A stretch of 64,000 bases of DNA, from positions 1-64,000 of the IMG/VR virus record IMGVR_UViG_3300032280_000320; one strand, given 5' to 3'. Each line of letters starts with the position of its first letter. Position 1 is the stretch's first letter. Below are positions 1-8,492 of this stretch, one piece after another. The notes under the pieces are model-generated. The model did no database searches. It saw only the letters and a program-made list of their open reading frames with translations, and was not told the origin of the DNA. The DNA comes from a virus (lineage: Duplodnaviria; Caudoviricetes). The position numbers were made by a program, and so were the translations under genes.

Positions 1-314
1 ACGAAGAGCTAAAAAATACGCCTGAAAGTTATATAAATGTCGACAAATCTATATAGAATCATATAACTATTTAAACAAATGTGTGCAGAATTAGCCAAAA
101 TCTGTCAAAATTTTTCTATGAAAATCTATTGACAATGTGGGCAAAATATGCTCTTTACGAGGGCATTGACAAAATCCCTGAAATTTGGTAGACATGGATC
201 TATATATCCATATGTCGACATTGACATTACGTCCATCTATGTGGTAAGCTCAATTACATGTATATCTAAATACATATATATCTGTAGTAGTTGTCGACTT
301 ATCTATAACCATAT

Positions 315-342
315 TACTCCACTTTACTCCACAATACTCCAC
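315..342. repeat. Three TACTCCAC direct repeats with 10-bp period
   Basis: TACTCCAC at 315, 325 and 335 in non-coding AT-rich DNA. Confidence 0.85.
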
Positions 343-428
343 TAAATAAGCCTCTAGGAGGCTGATACAAGGGAGATAAAGGGAGGGGGGATATAGGAGT
401 TAGGACCAAATTGCTGTAAATTCTACAG

Positions 429-563
429 CTATCTTACTGAGCATTCCAGACACACAAATGGGTCATCATTAGCCTTATAAAATAGGATCTTACATTCGCT
501 ACATGCTACCTTATATGGCTCAGTTTTAGCAAACTTCTTATATGATGATTCAAACTTATCCAT
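429..563 (-). CDS. Small zinc-ribbon protein (44 aa, not in ORF track)
   Basis: Manual translation MDKFESSYKKFAKTEPYKVACSECKILFYKANDDPFVCLECSVR; CxxC..CxxC; TAATG coupling to upstream gene. Confidence 0.7.
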   Translation of the reverse strand: MDKFESSYKKFAKTEPYKVACSECKILFYKANDDPFVCLECSVR

Positions 564-754
564 TATTTACAGACCATGCAGTAGTAAGGAGTACGCATGT
601 CTTCTTCTCTAATGACCATATATTGTGAGCATCTGGAACACTTGGCAGTAATTAAGCCATGATCATTTAGCTCTGGTAAATTAATAAATGGATTTCTTGT
701 GTAGTATAGTTTAGTTCCATACCATGTTAGTATTATTGCTATTAATGTTATCAT
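563..754 (-). CDS. Membrane-anchored zinc-ribbon protein
   Basis: N-terminal hydrophobic helix, CSRC...CMVC; ATGA overlap. Confidence 0.65.
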   Translation of the reverse strand: MITLIAIILTWYGTKLYYTRNPFINLPELNDHGLITAKCSRCSQYMVIREEDMRTPYYCMVCK

Positions 755-996
755 CTCTTGGCCTCCCCGCCTAATAATTCATTTACTGGCTCTTTTGACC
801 AGTGTACATAGGATCTAATATACACTATGCCGTAGGCAATAGCTGCAAAGATAAATCCGTACTGCTTGGTCGTTACGGCATAAACCATCCATAGGCATTC
901 GTTAAATAGCAATAAGAGCCAAGCCCATATTGATTTCCTACCTACAAAATAGATGCCTGTTACACCTATTGCTGCTAATACATACGACCAATACAT
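751..996 (-). CDS. Small 3-TM membrane protein, PnuC/SemiSWEET-like
   Basis: Three hydrophobic helices; WAW..N..LW..YA pattern resembles phage PnuC-like proteins. Confidence 0.55.
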   Translation of the reverse strand: MYWSYVLAAIGVTGIYFVGRKSIWAWLLLLFNECLWMVYAVTTKQYGFIFAAIAYGIVYIRSYVHWSKEPVNELLGGEAKR

Positions 997-1022
997 TTTA
1001 AAAACCTTATCTATAGATATCT

Positions 1023-1091
1023 ATTATATCATTAAAGTCAGGTACTGACAATACCCTCTCTACCGCCGCCGATTTCACTAATTGGGGTCAA
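1023..1091 (-). promoter_or_regulatory. Sigma70/HrdB-type promoter with conserved upstream box, copy 1
   Basis: TTGTCA-17-TATAAT preceded by CAATTAGTG..GCGGCGGTAGAGA; similar block at 2119-2190. Confidence 0.8.
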
Positions 1092-1199
1092 ATTTTCATG
1101 ATATTGTAAATGAAAGTCATATAATTGATATGTAACTGAACAAAAGCACATAGGGCAATGCGTGATCCATTGGGACTTATCTTCCCAATGCTTAGGCAA

Positions 1200-1364
1200 C
1201 TATGAACTCAATCCTTTAAATGAATGGCATGCACATACGCCTACTATCTGATAGTTTCTATCTACTTCAGCTAGATCATTATATGTAGCTACAGCCTGAC
1301 AGTAATGGCATTTCTCTTTTGTTTCAGCCTCTAAATAGGCTTCAAGGTTATCTAGGATACCCAT
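1200..1364 (-). CDS. Small Cys-containing protein (54 aa, not in track)
   Basis: MGILDNLEAYLEAETKEKCHYCQAVATYNDLAEVDRNYQIVGVCACHSFKGLSS; abuts upstream stop. Confidence 0.6.
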   Translation of the reverse strand: MGILDNLEAYLEAETKEKCHYCQAVATYNDLAEVDRNYQIVGVCACHSFKGLSS

Positions 1365-1682
1365 TTACTTATTCCTTGGAATTAGTGTTTGAGGTCCTTC
1401 TGTACCAAATAAAGACTTCTTGATAGGTACGCAATTAGGGACTCTCTTACCGCCCTTATCCTTCATACCTACCTGCTTATATCCTGCCCAGCAAGCCTTC
1501 TGCATATTGTCCCATTTGTCTTCATCTTCGTTGTCTGAGTCATATGACTTTGAGATCTCTTCATCTGAAAGCTCTTCTGATTTATGCATGCTATCATGAC
1601 CTTTGCATGTATCCATTTCGCATCCGCCCTTTGCTTTGCAGGCCATGCATCCTTCACACTTACAATCTTTTGTATTATCCAT
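1365..1682 (-). CDS. Cys-rich protein with CWxGY..VPNCVP phage motif, possible internal virion protein
   Basis: CKCEGCMACK..C..C N-terminus; CWAGYKQVGMKDKGGKRVPNCVP motif recurrent in large-phage proteins. Confidence 0.6.
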   Translation of the reverse strand: MDNTKDCKCEGCMACKAKGGCEMDTCKGHDSMHKSEELSDEEISKSYDSDNEDEDKWDNMQKACWAGYKQVGMKDKGGKRVPNCVPIKKSLFGTEGPQTLIPRNK

Positions 1683-1684
1683 AG

Positions 1685-1930
1685 TTACATTCTACCATAT
1701 CTATCACTATCAGAAAGTATCTCTTCTAGAAGACCTTCTGGTATATCATGCCCAGCCTTAATATGCTCATCTATATGATTAGATAGGGATTGATCATCCC
1801 ATATTTTCTCTGATAGACCAAATAATCCCGTCTCTAATTTTTCATTTAGCCAACATGCACAACATTCTATATGTCCATCTACATGAGGATAGATATATAT
1901 ATCGCTATCAAAGAATCTAGAGTATGCCAT
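1685..1930 (-). CDS. Hypothetical phage protein
   Basis: Coupled ORF; IECCACWL and H..EH..AGH possible metal site. Confidence 0.7.
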   Translation of the reverse strand: MAYSRFFDSDIYIYPHVDGHIECCACWLNEKLETGLFGLSEKIWDDQSLSNHIDEHIKAGHDIPEGLLEEILSDSDRYGRM

Positions 1931-2112
1931 TATGCCCTTGCCTGCATTTCCTTTACTACCATCTCTTCCGCCTGGCCTTGGCTATGGCAATAGCCATATG
2001 TCAATATCTCTCCGTGCTTATATAGGGTCCATTTATATGGCATTGGATCAAGCCTAAATGCTGAACGCTTGTCCTCAACTCCATCATGCTCTTCAATCTC
2101 ATGGTATATCAT
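1930..2112 (-). CDS. Hypothetical protein, probably leaderless
   Basis: ATG 6 nt after the -10 TATATT. Confidence 0.65.
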   Translation of the reverse strand: MIYHEIEEHDGVEDKRSAFRLDPMPYKWTLYKHGEILTYGYCHSQGQAEEMVVKEMQARA

Positions 2113-2118
2113 ATGATA

Positions 2119-2190
2119 AATATACTATATACGACAGGTACTGTCAATATGTCTCTACCGCCGCACTTTTTTTGCACTAATTGAGATCAA
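2119..2190 (-). promoter_or_regulatory. Promoter with conserved upstream box, copy 2
   Basis: TTGACA-17-TATATT; shares CAATTAGTG, GCGGCGGTAGAGA and spacer GTACCTG with copy 1. Confidence 0.8.
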
Positions 2191-2785
2191 TATATTGGTA
2201 TAGTCTTTGTGATAGTAATTCATAAGACCTAAAGGCTCTATCTATACCTTCATGATTCATAACTTCATTGCGACAATATTGATAATACTGATTGTCTTTA
2301 GAGGTAGCTATGAATGATTCATTGCTCTGTGGCATAACGAAAGTAGTAAGTTCTTTATCGCTGCCAAGGGTTTTAAATATATAGTTGAATGCCCACCAAG
2401 GGTTTGTCTCAAAAGTACTAAAGTCTATAACCATTAAATTTTTATATTCATTTAACTTATCATATGTGTCTGAGTAGGAATTAATAATTCTAGATAGTTG
2501 TTGTTCTATGAACTCTTGGGCATCAGCCACATCTGTAATGTTTTTAAACCGTTCATTTCTCTCAAGACTAAGTATAATCTTAGAGGCTATTGCATCTATT
2601 GGATTTCTTACAACAGTAAGTACTACATCATCTTCTAGGATTTCATTGCCATGAGCAGTATCAAGGTTGTGTTGGAATATTATATCGAATCCATCTACCT
2701 CTTGGGTAAGGTTCTCTCTTAAAAAATGTGATCCATGCCTAGGATATGTTACGCAAAATATTTTTCTACTGTCTATTGTCGACAT
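2177..2785 (-). CDS. Sulfotransferase-like protein
   Basis: 5'-PSB-like TYPRHGSHFL and 3'-PB-like VRNPIDAIAS. Confidence 0.65.
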   Translation of the reverse strand: MSTIDSRKIFCVTYPRHGSHFLRENLTQEVDGFDIIFQHNLDTAHGNEILEDDVVLTVVRNPIDAIASKIILSLERNERFKNITDVADAQEFIEQQLSRIINSYSDTYDKLNEYKNLMVIDFSTFETNPWWAFNYIFKTLGSDKELTTFVMPQSNESFIATSKDNQYYQYCRNEVMNHEGIDRAFRSYELLSQRLYQYIDLN

Positions 2786-2966
2786 CTTTAATCCGCCTCC
2801 ATCTACCGTATTTTGTTGGTACGTCTAGCCCTATGTACTCTTGACCAGTTTCTAGATCAATAAGGAGCCATTTGCCTGGAGCTTTGGTATGTACGGTCAA
2901 GTCAACTGCTTTTGGAAACTCTTCAACAGTTGCGCCTTGGTACATCTTGGGCAAGAAGTTGTACAC
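2766..2966 (-). CDS. Hypothetical phage protein
   Basis: HTKAPGKWLLIDLETGQEY; start moved to GTG after upstream ORF stop. Confidence 0.6.
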   Translation of the reverse strand: MYNFLPKMYQGATVEEFPKAVDLTVHTKAPGKWLLIDLETGQEYIGLDVPTKYGRWRRIKDVDNRQ

Positions 2967-2970
2967 ACCA

Positions 2971-3147
2971 TCAAGTAGTTTTCTCAATATTCTCTTCCCA
3001 ATCAACATACATTTTGTAGTTATCATCTGCAATTTTAAACCAAGCAAGGCATTCTTTGCACATATAAAATGATCTAAATTTAGAAGTATACAGATGTAAT
3101 TGTGATGAGTCTATCTCTTTTGCACAATGTCCACAGACTGCCTGCAT
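2971..3147 (-). CDS. Small zinc-finger protein (58 aa, not in track)
   Basis: MQAVCGHCAKE...MCKECLAW; GGAGG RBS. Confidence 0.7.
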   Translation of the reverse strand: MQAVCGHCAKEIDSSQLHLYTSKFRSFYMCKECLAWFKIADDNYKMYVDWEENIEKTT

Positions 3148-3173
3148 AATTCCTCCATCATAATACTATTATA

Positions 3174-3443
3174 CTACTTAATTTTCTCTTCCATATCAGT
3201 TAACGCTGATATAGCGGCCATCATATTTTCTTCTGGAACATCATTAAAATAATAAATTCCTGACTCTTTATCATGGCTCCAACTTCTCCAGCCATCGCTA
3301 TCAGGGAAATATAACGCTGCAGTTTCCATTGACTCTGGGTTATCCGTTATAGATTTAATATAGTCGTACATATGTACTTCTTGAATAATTGAATTCCTTA
3401 GTGGTGTCCACCAAAATAATTTATTAACTAGCCAATCAATCAT
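3174..3443 (-). CDS. Hypothetical protein
   Basis: ORF in gene-dense run; start moved to MIDWL. Confidence 0.6.
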   Translation of the reverse strand: MIDWLVNKLFWWTPLRNSIIQEVHMYDYIKSITDNPESMETAALYFPDSDGWRSWSHDKESGIYYFNDVPEENMMAAISALTDMEEKIK

Positions 3444-3539
3444 TCTCTGTATCCTTTTCCCATGTAAGCTTTCCATCTTTATACACTGGCCAATATCCTA
3501 GTGGACGCCAGTCCATTTTCATAATCTTAGGCTCTTTCA

Positions 3540-3683
3540 TTAGAAAGAATTTCTTATCTGTTCTGCAATAAGTGCTTGACTTCTTTCAAATTTACTAATC
3601 TTTGGCTTAGCCGACAGCCTCTTTAAATTCTTTTTCTGTCTCTTCATTTTAGATTGTGAGCTTGATGTATTATTTTTTTTCAT
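3540..3683 (-). CDS. Small basic protein, leaderless (47 aa)
   Basis: MKKNNTSSSQSKMKRQKKNLKRL...; TTGTCA-17-TATAAT-6-ATG. Confidence 0.6.
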   Translation of the reverse strand: MKKNNTSSSQSKMKRQKKNLKRLSAKPKISKFERSQALIAEQIRNSF

Positions 3684-3721
3684 ATCTTTATTATACTATA
3701 AGTAATAAAGCCTGACAATAG

Positions 3722-4186
3722 CTATAGTATTTTAAACCCGCCGCATTCTTTTAGAAATAATGAAAACTCTACTAAATCGTCTACACGTGGCAAATAGTTA
3801 TAGGCATATGGTCTAGCCTTGCCCTTGCCTTTACACTGCCTGCAAACCCCCTTAGAAGGGTGGAAAACACCACTTCTGGTGATCCCAAAGCCAAGGCAAG
3901 CATAGCAGTCTACATCTGGCAATGACTCTAGAAACTTTTTGCACTCATCTACATATATTTCTATCTTTCCTATTTTAAAATCACTATTTATTTTATCAGA
4001 TAAAGATATGCAATCTTTTTTATTTAATGATCCGCCATCATTTGTATGAGGGCTATCAACCTTACGGGCTATTTCTGGGTACTCATGCTCTATGTATTCC
4101 CATAATGAATGCCAGCCCCAGATATTTCTTCTAAATATTTTACCTATATCAGATGTAGGCTTAATTCCATAAACATCCATACCCAT
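3722..4186 (-). CDS. Phage protein with DnaJ-type zinc finger
   Basis: CYACLGFG and CRQCKGKG motifs; MGMDVYG..FRRNIWGWH N-terminus. Confidence 0.7.
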   Translation of the reverse strand: MGMDVYGIKPTSDIGKIFRRNIWGWHSLWEYIEHEYPEIARKVDSPHTNDGGSLNKKDCISLSDKINSDFKIGKIEIYVDECKKFLESLPDVDCYACLGFGITRSGVFHPSKGVCRQCKGKGKARPYAYNYLPRVDDLVEFSLFLKECGGFKIL

Positions 4187-4902
4187 TATTTGTGCACCTT
4201 TAAACTGGAGTAAGCTTTATTGCTTACCTTTATATCAAGAGATGAGCCCATATCCCAATAGAATGTTTCCATTGGTCTTCTTGTGATATAGTTGTCCGTC
4301 CATTTTGAGTTAGCCCCATAATGAAGCATTGGTGCTTCTATGCCCTCTAGTAAATAAAACCACTCTTCATTTGCAAATTTATCTATTGCGGAGTTCCATA
4401 CTGGCCAGCCTGTTTCTTGATCAGAGGCTATGCTGTAGGACTCAAGAGACTTTAATTTAGAGATCATTAATTCTATAGCATCTTTTAGTATTGGGTTTTC
4501 TGGACTACAACCAAAAAACCACATTGCATATTCTGTTTTTCTATCTGCTATTGGATTTTTGATTGGAATAAAGAATGCATCTTTATCTTGTGGTAAAAAG
4601 GAATCTATATTACTAAATGATATTACATCTATATCTATGTAAACTCCACCAAACTTATATATAGATAAGTATCTCCAGAAATCTGCTTTAATCTGTGGGT
4701 GATCTATCTTAAGATATATGTCTGCCATGTCCTGGTCATAGTTATCTAGTATCATCTTGTAGCAATCTTCGTGGGTTAGATACCTATATTCCCAGCCCTC
4801 ATTATTGTTTTTCCAACTGTCAGAACAAACCTTAACGTACTCTGGTAAATCATTATAATCTGATAAACATGTCTGCCAAATTATCTTTGGGATGTTACTC
4901 AT
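4186..4902 (-). CDS. Glycosyltransferase family 32 (OCH1-like, DxD)
   Basis: IPKIIWQT, KADFWRY..IYKFGGVYIDID. Confidence 0.88.
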   Translation of the reverse strand: MSNIPKIIWQTCLSDYNDLPEYVKVCSDSWKNNNEGWEYRYLTHEDCYKMILDNYDQDMADIYLKIDHPQIKADFWRYLSIYKFGGVYIDIDVISFSNIDSFLPQDKDAFFIPIKNPIADRKTEYAMWFFGCSPENPILKDAIELMISKLKSLESYSIASDQETGWPVWNSAIDKFANEEWFYLLEGIEAPMLHYGANSKWTDNYITRRPMETFYWDMGSSLDIKVSNKAYSSLKVHK

Positions 4903-5473
4903 TAACAGCTTCTCTTGGCATTATGTCTATGATTAAGTGTATTCTTTCCCCGCCCCCATTTTCTACAGAGTGCACTCTATTGTTATTAATCTCCCAGCAC
5001 TCACCAGCTCTTAGATGCTTTCTCTCTCCACCTACACTAAAATATACTCTATCATTTGTTACAATAGGAATGTGATGCCTTCTAACTAGGCCAAGGTAAT
5101 CTCCACTGTCTGAGTGCGGGTCTATGTCGCTTTCTTCAGAAAGTTTTACTAGCAAGGCTCTGGCCAGAACTCCATCACAAGAGTACTCTAGACCCTTAAT
5201 TATTGGATCAATCTCTTTCCATAAATCTTCATTGTAGTTTGGCTTATAAGTTGTAAAAGGCTCTCCATAATTCCATTCAATTGAACAGGAATTAATTAAA
5301 TATGAATGAGTAAAAGAATGTGGGTTCTTTCTATCTGGGTATTTATTATTCTGTCTGGTGGTGTCTATAAGCCACTCAGAATCAAATTTAGAAACTATAT
5401 TAATTAAAGAATCAATATTAAATCTTCCTTTAAACTTAAAATTAAAGTTTTCTTCTGCTTTATTTAATATCAT
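4895..5473 (-). CDS. Aspartyl/asparaginyl beta-hydroxylase-like 2OG-Fe(II) oxygenase
   Basis: IDPHSD, RHHIPIVTN, WEINNNRVHSVEN, RIHLIID. Confidence 0.85.
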   Translation of the reverse strand: MILNKAEENFNFKFKGRFNIDSLINIVSKFDSEWLIDTTRQNNKYPDRKNPHSFTHSYLINSCSIEWNYGEPFTTYKPNYNEDLWKEIDPIIKGLEYSCDGVLARALLVKLSEESDIDPHSDSGDYLGLVRRHHIPIVTNDRVYFSVGGERKHLRAGECWEINNNRVHSVENGGGERIHLIIDIMPREAVNE

Positions 5474-6269
5474 TTTCTATACTCCTTACATAGTTATATA
5501 TTGCATAATCAATATCGTTTTTATCTAGTATCGACTGCTTTTCTTCTTCCGTCAACATTTCTTTTAGCTTTGATGTAGTATATTCTACACCATTATATGT
5601 AACTTCAGAAGGATTAACTCTTTTTTCTTTATTCCAGTTTATTGTAACGCCATAGTTATCTTTAAACCACTTTTGTTTCTTTGACATAAACTCATCAATG
5701 TTGTCTACTGTACCCACAATGCTAAAAGAATCTATTTGCTTCTTGGCAAATTCAAGAGATGTTTTATCATTATTTACAAACCAAGTAAAAACTTTTCCAT
5801 CATTAAATTTTCCTTCTTGCTCTAGTATGGCCTCGTCTTCTCTTATAAATTTAGATGCATTAAACAATCTTGAGTCTGTTGGATTACATATAAATCTTGC
5901 CTGGTAGTTCTTGTGAGAGGCAGCGTTTGGATCAGTAAACAAATAATATCTTAGTTTATCTACATATGAGTCAATACTGTCGTACTCTTTTTGTCCTGCA
6001 AACTGTGGTTCATATATAAAATTAAAATAGCTAATTCTTGCATCTACTGGATGTCTAACAATGCAGGCAACCTCTATGTCCTTTACAACATCAATTGGGT
6101 ATGTACCAAAATGACCAGCAATATATGCTTGGTCATTTAGGTTTACATTGTGTGGGTAGTGCGTGTTAGTGTAACTATTTATATCATTAGCATACAATGT
6201 AGTTCTAATATTTTCTTTTACAAACCTGCCAGCAGTTTTAGGTATATGCAAAAAGTACAACTGTTTCAT
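5460..6269 (-). CDS. Sulfotransferase family 2 protein
   Basis: LYFLHIPKTAG (5'-PSB) and RHPVDARISYF (3'-PB). Confidence 0.85.
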   Translation of the reverse strand: MKQLYFLHIPKTAGRFVKENIRTTLYANDINSYTNTHYPHNVNLNDQAYIAGHFGTYPIDVVKDIEVACIVRHPVDARISYFNFIYEPQFAGQKEYDSIDSYVDKLRYYLFTDPNAASHKNYQARFICNPTDSRLFNASKFIREDEAILEQEGKFNDGKVFTWFVNNDKTSLEFAKKQIDSFSIVGTVDNIDEFMSKKQKWFKDNYGVTINWNKEKRVNPSEVTYNGVEYTTSKLKEMLTEEEKQSILDKNDIDYAIYNYVRSIENDIK

Positions 6270-6388
6270 TACACTTCTCTCATTTTACCGCATCTAGCAC
6301 ACGCTTCATATGTCTTGCCAGTAAATGGGCAAGAACCAGCTGCAACAATATTGTGCCCAAGGATTGAGCATTTTATTTTGCTAAACAT
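6269..6388 (-). CDS. Small CxxxGH..CxRCG protein (39 aa, DUF1660-like)
   Basis: MFSKIKCSILGHNIVAAGSCPFTGKTYEACARCGKMREV; TAATG coupling. Confidence 0.65.
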   Translation of the reverse strand: MFSKIKCSILGHNIVAAGSCPFTGKTYEACARCGKMREV

Positions 6389-6393
6389 AAAAA

Positions 6394-6651
6394 CTACTTT
6401 GTTGGTAGATGTTTAATTGTTGACTCGTAGTAGTCTGGTGTTGGGTTGTCGAACCAATTCTGTAGGTCCTCAAGAGACATGTCTCTTTTTTCTGATACAG
6501 GCTCTTGTCCTTCTTGTGCGAAGGTAGCAACTGTTTCAAATGTTCCATCAGAATTTGGAGAGTATTCTACTCTACCTATTTCAATTGTGAATCCGTGGTC
6601 GTAAGCTTCTCCAGATTCATCTACACCTTTTGATCCCGCTTTTGTAATCAT
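6394..6651 (-). CDS. Hypothetical acidic protein
   Basis: ATGA overlap with oxygenase; RBS-like AAGGAAGAGG. Confidence 0.7.
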   Translation of the reverse strand: MITKAGSKGVDESGEAYDHGFTIEIGRVEYSPNSDGTFETVATFAQEGQEPVSEKRDMSLEDLQNWFDNPTPDYYESTIKHLPTK

Positions 6652-7538
6652 TTTTCTTCCTCTTCCTTAATGATCATGTCGTTAATTACGCCCTCTGGCA
6701 CACGACCTTCTTTTACTGCATTTTCTTGGTTTCTACGTGCATTAGACTTAATGTCTGCTGTAGTCAAGCTCTCTTTGAATCCAGGCGGTAGTTTAGAATC
6801 ATCGTCAACTCCAGCGTATGGATCTTCTAGTAAAGGATGGGCAACGCCATCTTTCCATTGTGTTTTTAATTGGTATTGATGAATTCTTTCTTTTAAAATC
6901 ATCTTTTCCATTTCTTGCAATTCTGCTTCTGAGTACCATGCATCTGCGTAGTCCCAAAAAATAACAATAGTGTATCTCGTACCACTTGTTATTTCTGTAA
7001 CACTGTGGATGTTTTCTACTCCACCTGGGAAGGATACAAATGATCCAGCCTCTGGGACTACATCTAATCCGTGATCTCTAAACTTTAAAACACCACCAGT
7101 GTAATCTGGTTGGGAGTTTAGATAGATACCAGCATACTGCTTGTTATCACTCCAGCCCATGTCATTGCCTTCTAGATCTGAGCTGTCTGAGTGATCATTT
7201 GCGTATGCACCTAGCTCCCATTTCTGGGCATGCATACTATTAATTTTCATTGGTCTTCCAGCAGCATCTGAGACATACTGAATCATTCTTTCACGAAGAT
7301 TAGCCATGTACTCTTCAGTTATTGTTGTTCCATGCTCCTTAGTAAATGGAGAAACAACATGCATTCCATATGATCCATAAAAGCAGATAAATCTCCACTC
7401 TTCTTCGTTGGCATTAAAGAATTTAATTAGCTCATCGCACTCTTCCTTAGAAAGAAAATTTTCGTATGACCAAATTCCTGTTCCTCCGCCACCTAAAAGC
7501 TTACCGCCTAGTTGACTAACTACCTTTGTATCTGACAT
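6648..7538 (-). CDS. Prolyl-4-hydroxylase-like 2OG-Fe(II) oxygenase with C-terminal extension
   Basis: ENFLSKEEC, HSD, IYLN..YTGG.L.F, HSVTEITSGTRY; AGGAG RBS. Confidence 0.88.
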   Translation of the reverse strand: MSDTKVVSQLGGKLLGGGGTGIWSYENFLSKEECDELIKFFNANEEEWRFICFYGSYGMHVVSPFTKEHGTTITEEYMANLRERMIQYVSDAAGRPMKINSMHAQKWELGAYANDHSDSSDLEGNDMGWSDNKQYAGIYLNSQPDYTGGVLKFRDHGLDVVPEAGSFVSFPGGVENIHSVTEITSGTRYTIVIFWDYADAWYSEAELQEMEKMILKERIHQYQLKTQWKDGVAHPLLEDPYAGVDDDSKLPPGFKESLTTADIKSNARRNQENAVKEGRVPEGVINDMIIKEEEEK

Positions 7539-7556
7539 GTTGTTCTCCTTTTAATA

Positions 7557-7646
7557 TTATGCAATAGATGAATCTATTATTAAATCTACGGCATCGTCTA
7601 AAGAATTTGAATGTTCCTTAGAGCAATTACCACATTCTTTACACAT
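7557..7646 (-). CDS. 29-aa Cys-rich peptide
   Basis: MCKECGNCSKEHSNSLDDAVDLIIDSSIA fills the gap between genes. Confidence 0.55.
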   Translation of the reverse strand: MCKECGNCSKEHSNSLDDAVDLIIDSSIA

Positions 7647-7648
7647 TG

Positions 7649-7849
7649 TTAAACTTTTTTACGTCCTGTTTTCTTTGGTGGCTTTGGAACATTACTGGTT
7701 TCTCTACGAATACCATGTCTGTTTACATCCACTTTCATTCCCTGTCTAGGGTGTTTTTTTGTAGCTTCTCTACTTGTTACTGCTCCAGAAGGGGCAGAGT
7801 TTGGTGGAGGAGTTGCTCCAGTACCATCATCTTTTTTAAAATTACTCAT
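7649..7849 (-). CDS. Small basic Pro-rich protein
   Basis: ORF overlapping upstream stop; low-complexity. Confidence 0.65.
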   Translation of the reverse strand: MSNFKKDDGTGATPPPNSAPSGAVTSREATKKHPRQGMKVDVNRHGIRRETSNVPKPPKKTGRKKV

Positions 7850-7991
7850 TGATGAATTGTCTTGTCTGCTCTGGTGTTGAGCTCATGCTAAAGTTTAAGC
7901 CTGACTCACCATCTCTTGAAACATCTGTAATTGAAACTGAGGTTGCACCTAATGTGCTTCCCAAAGTTTCACATCCGCATTCGTAGCACAT
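7842..7991 (-). CDS. 49-aa peptide with N-terminal CxxCGC
   Basis: MCYECGCETLGSTLGATSVSITDVSRDGESGLNFSMSSTPEQTRQFINE. Confidence 0.65.
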   Translation of the reverse strand: MCYECGCETLGSTLGATSVSITDVSRDGESGLNFSMSSTPEQTRQFINE

Positions 7992-7992
7992 G

Positions 7993-8151
7993 TTATTTAC
8001 CGTTTGCGCCTAAGCCTGCGCCATCTTGTGAAGACTTATCAGTTGATGCAAATGCTGCTGCTGGTGCCTCTGTGTAGTTCTCTGTTGGCCATGGTGATGG
8101 CTCATTTCCTTTTGTTTCGTTGAATCCTGTTAAATTTAATCCGTCTGACAT
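7993..8151 (-). CDS. 52-aa peptide, first gene of operon
   Basis: MSDGLNLTGFNETKGNEPSPWPTENYTEAPAAAFASTDKSSQDGAGLGANGK; strong AGGAGA RBS and TGcTATAAT promoter. Confidence 0.75.
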   Translation of the reverse strand: MSDGLNLTGFNETKGNEPSPWPTENYTEAPAAAFASTDKSSQDGAGLGANGK

Positions 8152-8177
8152 TTTATTTCTCCTATAGGTTATTAATT

Positions 8178-8217
8178 TAAGCGGGACTAGTATTCCGCTT
8201 ATAAGACTATTATAGCA
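8178..8217 (-). promoter_or_regulatory. Extended -10 promoter with 5'-leader hairpin
   Basis: TGCTATAAT then stem-loop TAAGCGGAA-TACTAG-TCCCGCTTA. Confidence 0.7.
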
Positions 8218-8226
8218 TTTAGTTGA

Positions 8227-8349
8227 TTAGGATCTGTAATACTCGTGCCAGCATTCATCACATATATCGATAATCATTCCTGCTGGTTTAGCTGCTATTC
8301 TTGTTGCCTTTTTGCCACAGCCGTTCCATTCGCACAAATCACCAAGCAT
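8227..8349 (-). CDS. Small zinc-finger protein (40 aa)
   Basis: MLGDLCEWNGCGKKAT...ICDECWHEYYRS; TAATG coupling. Confidence 0.65.
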   Translation of the reverse strand: MLGDLCEWNGCGKKATRIAAKPAGMIIDICDECWHEYYRS

Positions 8350-8492
8350 TATTTAGATCTTTTTGCGGTCTGGCCACGGTATCCTGTCTTCTTTTTATTC
8401 ATGGATCCTGGCTTCTTATACCCACCCCCATTTGGTGTCGCTGCAATTCTTTGCTCTAAAGCCTTTTTAATTTTATCGTGGTGCTTTCCCAT
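8349..8492 (-). CDS. Small basic protein (47 aa)
   Basis: MGKHHDKIKKALEQRIAATPNGGGYKKPGSMNKKK...; TAATG coupling at both ends. Confidence 0.65.
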   Translation of the reverse strand: MGKHHDKIKKALEQRIAATPNGGGYKKPGSMNKKKTGYRGQTAKRSK

